The notes below the pieces were generated by a model. That model ran no database searches. It saw only the letters and a program-made list of their open reading frames with translations, and was not told the origin of the DNA. This document shows, piece by piece, positions 1 to 11,400 of a stretch of 35,460 nucleotides of DNA. The DNA is from Nemertoderma westbladi. Lineage: Eukaryota; Animalia; Xenacoelomorpha. Position 1 is the stretch's first letter, and the number at the start of each line of letters is the position of its first letter. The stretch is from positions 1-35,460 of the forward strand of contig JAUCBJ010006119.1 of the NCBI GenBank assembly GCA_032718475.1. Direction: 5' to 3'. The translations under genes and the position numbers were made by a program.

Positions 1-1550
1 GAATCACTTTCTAGTTGAATAACTTTCTAGTTGAATCACTTTGTAGTTGAATAACTTTCTAGTTGAATCACTTTCTAGTTGGATCACTTTGTAGTTGAAT
101 CACTTTCTAGTTGAATCACTTTCTAGTTGAATCACTTTCTAGTTGAATCTCTTTGTAGTTGAATCACTTTGTAGTTGAATCACTTTCTAGTTGAATAACT
201 TTCTAGTTGAATCACTTTCTAGTTGAATCACTTTGTAGTTGAATCACTTTGTAGTTGAATCACATTATAGTTGAATAACTTTCCAGTTGAATCACTTTCT
301 AGTTAAATCACTTTCTAGTTGAATCACTTTGTAGTTGAATCACTTTCTAGTTGAATCACTTTCTAGTTGAATCACTTTGTAGTTGAATCACTTTCTAGTT
401 GAATCACTTTGTAGTTGAATCACTTTGTAGTTGAATCACTTTGTAGTTGAATCACTTTGTAGTTGAATCACTTTCTAGTTGAATCACTTTTTAGTTGAAT
501 CACGTTCTAGTTGAATCACGTTCTAGTTGAATCACTTTGTAGTTGAATCACTTTGTAGTTGAATCACTTTCTAGTTGAATCACTTTCTAGTTGAATCACT
601 TTGTAGTTGAATCACTTTGTAGTTGAATCACTTTGTAGTTGAATCACTTTGTAGTTGAATCAATTTCTAGTTGAATCACTTTCTAGTTGAATCACTTTCT
701 AGTTGAATCACTTTCTAGGTGAATCACTTTCTAGTTGAATCACTTTGTAGTTGAATCACTTTGTAGTTGAATCACTTTCTTGTTGAATCACTTTCTAGTT
801 GAATCACTTTCTAGTTGAATCACTTTCTAGTTGAATCACTTTCTAGTTGAATCACTTTCTAGTTGAATCACTTTCTAGTTGAATCACTTTCTAGTTGAAT
901 CACTTTGTAGTTGAATCACTTTCTTGTTGAATCACTTTCTAGTTGAATCACTTTCTAGTTGAATCACTTTCTAGTTGAATCACTTTCTAGTTGAATCACT
1001 TTCTAGTTGAATCACTTTCTAGTTGAATCACTTTCTAGTTGAATCACTTTCTAGTTGAATCACTTTCTAGTTGAATCACTTTCTAGTTGAATCACTTTCT
1101 AGTTGAATCACTTTCTAGTTGAATCACTTTCTAGTTGAATCACTTTCTAGTTGAATCACTTTCTAGTTGAATCACTTTCTAGTTGAATCACTTTGTAGTT
1201 GAATCACTTTCTAGTTAAATCACTTTCTTGTTGAATCACTTTCTTGTTGATTCACTTTCTAGTTGAATCACGTTCTAGTTGATTCACTTTCTAGTTGAAT
1301 CAGTTTCTTGTTGAATCACTTTCTAGTTGAATCACGTTTTAGTTGAATCACTTTCTAGTTGAATCACTTTCTAGTTGAATCACTTTAAGGTTGAAAAACT
1401 TTGTAGTTGAATCACTTTGTAGTTGAATCACTTTCTAGTTGAATCACTTTCTAGTTGAATCACTTTCTAGTTGAATCACTTTCTAGTTGAATCACTTTGT
1501 AGTTGAATCACTTTCTAGCTGAATCACTTTGTAGTTGAATCACTTTCTAG
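1..1550. repeat. 16-bp tandem satellite (GAATCACTTTCTAGTT)n, ~97 units, continues beyond the left edge
   Basis: 16-bp period read directly. Main variant is CTAG/GTAG. Ends abruptly at 1550. Confidence 0.97.
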
Positions 1551-2104
1551 ATTTTTCCTATACGTTTTCAGAATGGTGTATAAATAAACATAGTGATAAT
1601 GAAATTGACAAAAAGAAAGTCACAATTACAATTTTAGTTCAAATCTTATTATTACTATTTTATGCTATTATAAAGGGATATTTATGTAATACACACTAGT
1701 TTTAAGGCTGGAAACATCTAGAAACACCTAGATTTGTCAATAATAAGGCAGATTCATTTAAAATTAAACCTCATAATTAACTACATATGTCCCTTTTTAT
1801 GCAAATCCTAGGGTGAGTTTTAAATTGCAGAATTGTTAACAATTCAGCCAGTAATTCAGTAGAATAAACCCCATTATAGGCTACCGGTACTAGACTTGGA
1901 CGTTGAACGATTCCGACTAAACTTCAACCATCGCGGTGAGAGGTGTTGCATTCAAAGTGGAAAATTATCGGTTGGACATAAACATGGCCGTCCAATAAAC
2001 TCAGAATAAAGACGACGGAGAACAGACCTGTTTAGACCCAACTGTCCCAACTTATCTCCAATTGAACATTTTTTATAGCTATAAAAATTTTAAAAACATA
2101 TCGT

Positions 2105-2455
2105 AGCTTAAGTGTCATAAGGCCATAAGTCAAAATTGCAATTGTTCAGGAGAGCCTATAATGAGAGGGTCTTTCTGCAGTATTATTGTCTTTTCTGCTT
2201 CTGCATATTGTCCAATGCGATCATTTGATTTTACTTTACTACATAATCATCACGTCCCATTGGTTAAAACTTTATGAGGCCTTTCTGGACAGTAAAATAT
2301 TGTCTGCTGGGATATAGGGCTTCACTTTACCACGTAATAATCTTCACTTCCCTGGTTAAAATGTTCAAAACTTCAACTGATGTTTTAAAGTGTTGAATTG
2401 TATAAAAAAGTAAAATCCGACAAAAATCGGCTTAGGGCCTTATGACACTTAAGCT
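2105..2455. mobile_element. MITE-like non-autonomous element with ~25-bp terminal inverted repeats
   Basis: 2105-2129 AGCTTAAGTGTCATAAGGCCATAAG matches the reverse complement of 2431-2455 CTTAGGGCCTTATGACACTTAAGCT at 24/25. No ORF inside. TTAA at 2108-2111 and 2449-2452 could alternatively be the TSD. Confidence 0.7.
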
Positions 2456-2520
2456 TTAGCTTAAGCAAAAACTTTAACTACCATCGAAAACAATAGCTGC
2501 CATAAAATTTATTTTATTTG

Positions 2521-2966
2521 CGATGTTTTTACTCGCGATAATTTTGCTCTCGATGTTTTTACTCGCGATATTTTTGCTCTCGATGTTTTTACTCGCGACA
2601 ATTTTACTCGCGACTTTTTTACTCGCGATATTTTTGCTCTCGATGTTTTTACCCGCTATATTTTTGCTCTCAACGTTTTTACTCGCGATTTTTTCTCAGT
2701 TCGCGATATTTTAACTCGCGATATTTTTCAACACTCGATGTTTTTGCTCTCAATGTTTTTACTCACGATATTTTTGCTCTCAATGTTTTTACTCACGATA
2801 TTTTTGCTCTCAATGTTTTTACTCGCTATATTTTTGCTCTCAATGTTTTTACTCGCGATATTTTTGCTCTCAATGTTTTTACTCGCGATATTTTTACTCT
2901 CAATGTTTTTACTCGCGATTTTTTTTACTCGCGATATTTTTACATTCTCGATACTCGATATTTTTC
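2521..2966. repeat. 30-bp minisatellite built from two 15-bp subunits (CGATGTTTTTACTCG + CGATATTTTTGCTCT)
   Basis: Periodicity read directly. It produces the spurious (MFLLAIFLLS)n ORFs. Confidence 0.93.
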
Positions 2967-3911
2967 AGTCTCTATCTTTCCACCCACCGAAAAATAGTTA
3001 GTTTATCGCGCAACCATGCGTAAACCAGTCGAGCTGGAATTTATTTAAGTAAAATTATTTTATTAAAAGCACAAGTAGGTGCAATTGAAACAAATTAAAA
3101 GAAATTACTAAGATAAAGAATCAAATACCAATACAATATAGAGTACGATAACGTTAGACGACTCAAGTCGGACAGAGAGTAATCACAGTCAGGTCTCCGT
3201 TGAGAGGAAAACCGATGAAGGGATGACGCGAATGATTAATTAATGTAGAATCGATAAATCATTATAGGACATTAAAATACTCCAGAATTCTTCAATGCAA
3301 TGCAATGCAATGTGATGGTGATACAATTTAGTGATAATAATTAATATATTTTTAGTGGAGGAATATTCCGTTAAATTATATTTTATTTTCCCAAACCAGT
3401 AGTTTGACGTACTGCGTTTCAGCAAGATGTTGAGACCTTATAAAGACGAGTTAGAACAGAAACGGATGATATTGTTACCCTCGTATCCTTTGCCTTCTTA
3501 TAGAACTATCTCTGGTGAGAAGAAATCTGCACATCTCATCAGGTAGGTAGTAAGATATGTATTTGTTGCTGGTTGCTGAAATATTATGTTCCCACAAAAA
3601 TTGCAATATAGAAATATTATGTAACTCAGTAGGTAAATAGAACAGGATGTACATAACGTAATGTAGATCTTTATACGCCGGGTGGGAATAGTTTTTACGG
3701 CGGGTGGGAATCCAGTAGCGTCCATATATGGCATCTGACAGCATGATTTAGGACCGTTACCGCGACACCTGGCAGCCTGGTACAGGTCGCAAAGCCATAT
3801 AATATCAGTATGCAGTACCGGTGCTATACAATACAACTGCCAACTGGTATGACTGTATGAGTTTGAATTTTGTCTAAATTTATATGAAAGATGTTTGTAT
3901 CCGTGTCGGAC

Positions 3912-4007
3912 GTCGGTAATGTACGGCATTAATATGTTAATAGTATACCGGTACTGTCCGTGTCGGTAATGTACTGGCATTAATATGTTAATAGTATACC
4001 GGTACTG
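3912..4007. repeat. ~50-bp direct tandem duplication (2 copies)
   Basis: GTCGGTAATGTAC(T)GGCATTAATATGTTAATAGTATACCGGTACTG at 3912 and 3962. Confidence 0.9.
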
Positions 4008-4031
4008 CAGTAATTATGATACGGTAGTACA

Positions 4032-4187
4032 GTGAAAAACAATTATCACCCGGGTGAAAAATATTGTGAAAAACATTTATCACCCGAGTGAAAATTATTT
4101 ATCACCCGGGTGAAAAACATTTATTACCCGGGTGAAAAACATTTATCACCCGGGTGAAAAACATTTATCACCCGGGTGAAAAATATT
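4032..4187. repeat. 22-bp minisatellite A (TCACCCGGGTGA-AAAACATTTA), ~6 copies
   Basis: 12-bp palindromic core plus 10-bp spacer, slightly degenerate. Confidence 0.9.
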
Positions 4188-4350
4188 TAAATGTTTAAAT
4201 ATTTACTTTTGTTTATTGTTTTGGTTATAAAATAACATGCCACTATGTAACCTGATCCTTTCCCTTAGTTGATTACTAACATTGGCCGAGATATTAATTC
4301 GCCAAGAGAGAATCATTTATAATTATTTATACTAACTGTGTTCAGAGTTC

Positions 4351-4596
4351 TGACGCATGTTCTTCACCCGGGTGACGCATGTTCTTCACCCGGGTGACGC
4401 ATGTTCTTCACCCGGGTGACGCATGTTCTTCACCCGGGTGACGCATGTTCTTCACCCGGGTGACGCATGTTCTTCACCCGGGTGACGCATGTTCTTCACC
4501 CGGGTGACGCATGTTCTTCACCCGGGTGACGCATGTTCTTCACCCGGGTGACGCATGTTCTTCACCCGGGTGACGCATGTTCTTCACCCGGGTGAT
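4351..4596. repeat. 22-bp minisatellite B (TCACCCGGGTGA-CGCATGTTCT), 11 perfect cores
   Basis: Cores at 4364+22n up to 4584. Same palindromic core as array A. Confidence 0.95.
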
Positions 4597-4649
4597 AAGT
4601 GTTAACTTTCGTTTATAGTTTTGGTTCCCCCCAACACGCCTCTGTAACC

Positions 4650-4900
4650 TGCTCCTTTACTAACCTGCTCCTTTAAATGGCAACCCTGCCCCAGGCCATC
4701 AGATCAAATTTCCTACAAAAAGACAAATTGTTAAGGAAAATCCCCACCCCACTCACAGCAACATACTGTATATATCACCAGATCTAACATCAGCAGAACA
4801 AAAAATTCAATTTGTCTAAGACAAGAAAAACGAAGACTAGAATCTCAACAAACAGAGAAAACGTGAGTAGGCCAAATATATCACGGAATAATTAAAGAAA
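4650..4900 (+). pseudogene. Degenerate C-terminus of LINE (CR1/L2-group) ORF1
   Basis: Hand translation with frameshift repair gives IRSNFLQKDKLLRKIPTPLTATYISPDLTSAEQKIQF..LRQEKRRLESQ, matching the Y-I-x-P-D-L-T...L-R-x-E motif typical of ORF1 ends. Lies just upstream of the endonuclease. Confidence 0.65.
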
Positions 4901-5088
4901 GGACCACATCCCAGGATCCCGCTCCTGGAACCAATGTAGCAGCCCCCACATACAGACCAAACAAAAGGGACTCTGTGGTCGAGATCCAGACCAACTATCA
5001 GACCCAAGGTGACCCATTCCAGCAAATGGATTGAGTACCTGACCACCATAAAAACCAACCAACGATACACCCATTGACCACAACATTT

Positions 5089-5436
5089 GACAGCAAAGGT
5101 TTTCATATCGCTCACTTAAACACCAGAAGTCTGATCCCAAAATTATCTGAACTCAAACTAATACTCAAACCACAAACTATCGACATTCTCACCCTCCCAT
5201 AAACATGGCTTGACTCACAAGTAACAAATGAAGCTGTAAAAATACCTGGATACAAAATACATAGAAATAACAGGAGCAGGGAAAGTGGAGGAGTGGTTAT
5301 CTACATTTTAGAACACCTGACCTTCACCCCCAAAACACTAAACCCAATAATAAACCGCGCCACAGAATATCTATTTGGCTACATGCAGTTGCCACCAACC
5401 AAACCAATCCGTATAGGGGTGGTCTATCGTCCCCAG
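5089..5436 (+). pseudogene. LINE ORF2 AP-endonuclease, N-terminal half
   Basis: Frame 1 reads GFHIAHLNTRSLIPKLSELKLIL..IDILTLP*TWLDSQ..IPGYKIHRNNRSRESGGVVIYI..EYLFGYMQLPPTKPIRIGVVYRPQ. APE motifs N-x-RSL, (E)TWL, GY..R..GGV, YRP are present. TAA at 5200-5202 replaces the conserved Glu. Confidence 0.92.
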
Positions 5437-8400
5437 TGACACACCGCAAACCAAACCAATCCTTATAGGGGTGGTCTATCGTCCCCAGTCACACACAACC
5501 CAAACCAAACCAATCCTTATAGGGGTGGTCATCGTCTCCAGTCACACACAACACAAACCAAACCAATCCGTATAGGGGTGGTCTATCGTCCCCAGTGACA
5601 CACAACACAATCCAAACCAATCCTTATAGGGGTGGTCATCGTCTCCAGTCACACACAACACAAAACAAACCAATCCATATAGGGGTGGTCTATCGTCTCC
5701 AGTCACACACAACACAAAACAAACCAATCCGTAAGGGGGTGGTCTATCGTCCCTAGTCACACGCAACACAAACCAAACCAATCCGTATAGGGGTGGTCTA
5801 ACGTCCCCAGTCACACACAACACAAACCAAACCAATCCGTATAGGGGTGGTCTATCGTCCCCAGTCACACACAAACCAAAACAATCCGTATAGGGGTGGT
5901 CTATCTTCCCCAGTCACACACAACACAAACCAAACCAATCCGTATAGGGGTAGTCTATCGTCTCCAGTCACACACAACACAAACCAAACCATTTTGTTCT
6001 AGAACAAAAAAATAGAAAAAAACTAGCTAATTTGTTTATATTTTTCATTTTTTACTTCCGTATAGGGGTGGTCTATCGTCTCCAGTCACACACAACACAA
6101 ACCAAACCAATCCGTATAGGGGTGGTCTATCGTCCCCAGTCACACGCTACACAAACCAAACCAATCCGTATAGGGGTGGTCTAACGTCCCCAGTCACACA
6201 CAAACCAAACCAATCCGCATAGGGGTGGTTTATCGTCCCCAGTCACACACAAACCAAAACAATCCGTATAGGGGTGGTCTATCTTCCCCTGTCACACACA
6301 ACACAAACCAAACCAATCCGTATAGGGGTGGTCTATCGTCTCCAGTCACACACAACACAAACCAAACCATTTTGTTCTAGAACAAAAAAATAGAAAAAAA
6401 CTAGCTAATTTGTTTACATTTTTCATTTTTTACTTCCGTATAGGGGTGGTCTATCGTCTCCAGGCACACACAACACAAACCAAACCAATCCGTATAGGGG
6501 TGGTCTATCGTCTCCACACAACACAAACCAAACCAATCCGTATAGGGGTGGTCTATCGTCCCCAGTCACACACAACACAAACCAAACCAATCCGTATAGG
6601 GGTGGTCTATCGTCCCCAGTCACACACAACACAAACCAAACCAATCCGTATAGGGGTGGTCATCGTCTCCAGTCACACAAACCAAACCAATCCGTATAGG
6701 GGTGGTCTATCTTCCCCAGTCACACACAACACAAACCAAACCAATCCGTATAGGGGTGGTCTTTCGTCCCCAGTCACACACAACACAAACCAAACCAATC
6801 CGTATAGGGGTGGTCTATCGTCTCCACACAACACAAACCAAACCAATCCGTATAGGGGTGGTCTATCGTCTCCAGTCACACACAACACAAAACAAACCAA
6901 TCCGTATAGGGGTGGTCTATCGTCTCAAGTCACACACAACACAAAACAAAGCAATCCGTATAGGGGTGGTCTATCGTCCCCAGTCACACACAACACAAAC
7001 CAAACCAATCCGTATAGGGGTGGTCTGTCGTCCCCAGTCACACACAACACAAACCAAACCAATCCGTATAGGGGTGGTCTATCGTCCCCAGTCCCACAAC
7101 ACAAACCAAACCAATCCGTATAGGGGTGGTCTATCGTCCCCAGTCACACACAACACAAACCAAACCAATCCGTATAGGGGTGGTCTATCTTCCCCAGTCA
7201 CACACAACACAAACCAAACCAATCCGTATAGGGGTGGTCTATCTTCCCCAATCACACACAACACAAACCAAACCAATCCGTATAGGGGTGGTCTATCGTC
7301 CCCAGTCACACACAACACAAACCAAACCAATCCGTATAGGGGTGGTCTATCTTCCCCAGTCACACACAACACAAACCAAACCAATCCGTATAGGGGTGGT
7401 CATCGTCCCCAGTCACACAACACAAACCAAACCAATCCGTATAGGGGTGGTCTATCGTCCCCAGTCACACAACACAAACCAAACCAATCCGTATAGGGGT
7501 GGTCTATCGTCCCCAGTCACACACAACACAAACCAAACCAATCCGTATAGGGGTGGTCTATCTTCCCCAGTCACACACAACACAAACCAAACCAATCCAT
7601 ATAGGGGTGGTCTATCTTCCCCAATCACACACAACACAAACCAAACCAATCCGTATAGGGGTGGTCTATCTTTCCCAATCACACACAACACAAACCAAAC
7701 CAATCCGTATAGGGGTGGTCTATCTTTCCCAATCACACACAACACAAACCAAACCAATCCGTATAGGGGTGGTCTATCTTTCCCAATCACACACAACACA
7801 AACCAAACCAATCCGTATAGGGGTGGTCTATCTTCCCCAGTCACACACAACACAAACCAAACCAATCCGTATAGGGGTGGTCTATCTTTCCCAATCACAC
7901 ACAACACAAACCAAACCAATCCGTATAGGGGTGGTCTATCGTCTCCAGTCACACACAACACAAAACAAACCAATCCGTATAGGGGTGGTCTATCGTCTCA
8001 AGTCACACACAACACAAAACAAACCAATCCGTATAGGGGTGGTCTATCGTCTCCAGTCACACACAACACAAAACAAACCAATCCGTATAGCGGTGGTCTA
8101 TCGTCTCCAGTCACACACAACACAAAACAAACCAATCCGTATAGGGGTGGTCTATCATCTCAAGGCACACACAACACAAAACAAACCAATCCGTATAGGG
8201 GTGGTCTATCGTCCCCAGTCACACACAACACAAACCAAACCAATCCGTATAGGGGTGGTCTGTCGTCCCCAGTCACACACAACACAAACCAAACCAATCC
8301 GTATAGGGGTGGTCTATCTTCCCCAGTCACACACAACACAAACCAAACCAATCCGTATAGGGGTGGTCTATCTTCCCCAATCACACACAACACAAACCAA

Positions 8401-11400
8401 ACCAATCCGTATAGGGGTGGGTCTATCGTCCCCAGTCACACACAACACAAACCAAACCAATCCGTATAGGGGTGGTCTATCTTCCCCAATCACACACAAC
8501 ACAAACCAAACCAATCCGTATAGGGGTGGTCTATCGTCCCCAGTCACACACAACACAAACCAAACCAATCCGTATAGGGGTGGTCTATCGTCCCCAGTCA
8601 CACGCAACACAAACCAAACCAATCCGTATAGGGGTGGTCTAACGTCCCCAGTCACACACAACACAAACCAAACCAATCCGTATAGGGGTGGTCTATCGTC
8701 CCCAGTCACACACAAACCAAAACAATCCGTATAGGGGTGGTCTATCTTCCCCAGTCACACACAACACAAACCAAACCAATCCGTATAGGGGTGGTCTATC
8801 GTCTCCAGTCACACACAACACAAACCAAACCATTTTGTTCTAGAACAAAAAAATAGAAAAAAACTAGCTAATTTGTTTACATTTTTCATTTTTTACTTCC
8901 GTATAGGGGTGGTCTATCGTCTCCAGTCACACACAACACAAACCAAACCAATCCGTATAGGGGTGGTCTATCGTCCCCAGTCACACACAACACAAACCAA
9001 ACCAATCCGTATAGGGGTGGTCTATCGTCCCCAGTCACACACAACACAAACCAAACCAATCCGTATAGGGGTGGTCATCGTCTCCAGTCACACAAACCAA
9101 ACCAATCCGTATAGGGGTGGTCTATCTTCCCCAGTCACACACAACACAAACCAAACCAATCCGTATAGGGGTGGTCTATCGTCTCCACACAACACAAACC
9201 AAACCAATCCGTATAGGGGTGGTCTATCGTCTCCAGTCACACACAACACAAAACAAACCAATCCGTATAGGGGTGGTCTATCGTCTCAAGTCACACACAA
9301 CACAAAACAAACCAATCCGTATAGGGGTGGTCTATCGTCTCCAGTCACACACAACACAAACCAAACCATTCCGTATAGCGGTGGTCTATCGTCTCCAGTC
9401 ACACACAACACAAAACAAACCAATCCGTATAGGGGTGGTCTATCGTCTCAAGTCACACACAACACAAACCAAACCAATCCGTATAGGGGTGGTCTATCTT
9501 CCCCAGTCACACACAACACAAACCAAACCAATCCGTACCGGGGTGGTCTATCTTCCCCAATCACACACAACACAAACCAAACCAATCCGTATAGGGGTGG
9601 TCTATCGTCCCCAGTCACACACAACACAAACCAAACCAATCCGTATAGGGGTGGTCTATCTTCCCCAGTCACACACAACACAAACCAAACCAATCCGTAT
9701 AGGGGTGGTCTATCGTCCCCAGTCACACAACACAAACCAAACCAATCCGTATAGGGGTGGTCTATCGTCCCCAGTCACACACAACACAAACCAAACCAAT
9801 CCGTATAGGGGTGGTCTATCGTCCCCAGTGACACAACACAAACCAAACCAATCCGTATAGGGGTGGTCTATCGTCCCCAGTCACACACAACACAAACCAA
9901 ACCAATCCGTATAGGGGTGGTCTATCTTCCCCAGTCACACACAACACAAACCAAACCAATCCGTATAGGGGTGGTCTATCTTCCCCAATCACACACAAAC
10001 CAAACCAATCCGTATAGGGGTGGTCTATCTTCCCCAATCACACACAACACAAACCAAACCAATCCGTATAGGGGTGGTCTATCGTCTCCAGTCACACACA
10101 ACACAAAACAAACCAATCCGTATAGGGGTGGTCTATCGTCTCAAGTCACACACAACACAAAACAAACCAATCCGTATAGGGGTGGTCTATCGTCTCCAGT
10201 CACACACAACACAAACCAAACCAATCCGTATAGCGGTGGTCTATCGTCTCCAGTCACACACAACACAAAACAAACCAATCCGTATAGCGGTGGTCTATCG
10301 TCTCCAGTCACACACAACACAAAACAAACCAATCCGTATAGGGGTGGTCTATCGTCTCAAGTCACACACAACACAAAACAAACCAATCCGTATAGGGGTG
10401 GTCTATCGTCCCCAGTCACACACAACACAAACCAAACCAATCCGTATAGGGGTGGTCTGTCGTCCCCAGTCACACACAACACAAACCAAACCAATCCGTA
10501 TAGGGGTGGTCTATCTTCCCCAGTCACACACAACACAAACCAAACCAATCCGTATAGGGGTGGTCTATCGTCTCCAGTCACACACAACACAAAACAAACC
10601 AATCCGTATAGGGGTGGTCTATCGTCTCAAGTCACACACAACACAAAACTAACCAATCCGTATAGGGGTGGTCTATCGTCCCCAGTCACACACAACACAA
10701 ACCAAACCAATCCGTATAGGGGTGGTCTGTCGTCCCCAGTCACACACAACACAAACCAAACCAATCCGTATAGGGGTGGTCTATCTTCCCCAGTCACACA
10801 CAACACAAACCAAACCAATCCGTATAGGGGTGGTCTATCTTCCCCAGTCACACACAACACAAACCAAACCAATCCGTATAGGGGTGGTCTATCGTCCCCA
10901 GTCACACACAACACAAACCAAACCAATCCGTATAGGGGTGGTCTATCTTCCCCAATCACACACAACACAAACCAAACCAATCCGTATAGGGGTGGTCTAT
11001 CGTCCCCAGTCACACACAACACAAACCAAACCAATCCGTATAGGGGTGGTCTATCTTCCCCAATCACACACAACACAAACCAAACCAATCCGTATATGGG
11101 TGGTCTATCGTCCCCAGTCACACACAACACAAACCAAACCAATCCGTATAGGGGTGGTCTATCGTCCCCAGTCACACGCAACACAAACCAAACCAATCCG
11201 TATAGGGGTGGTCTAACGTCCCCAGTCACACACAACACAAACCAAACCAATCCGTATAGGGGTGGTCTATCGTCCCCAGTCACACACAAACCAAAACAAT
11301 CCGTATAGGGGTGGTCTATCTTCCCCAGTCACACACAACACAAACCAAACCAATCCGTATAGGGGTGGTCTATCGTCTCCAGTCACACACAACACAAACC

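Noticed and set aside
2025-2078. Tc1/IS630 transposase motif (PNLSPIEHF resembling SPDLNPIE)
   Set aside because: Only about 9 residues, bounded by stops, with no other DDE motif seen.
2523-3001. Hydrophobic (MFLLAIFLLS)n membrane peptides
   Set aside because: Translation of a T-rich 30-bp minisatellite.
3240-3980. Minus-strand ORFs of 61-160 aa
   Set aside because: No recognisable motifs. They overlap a local duplication and footprint-like words.
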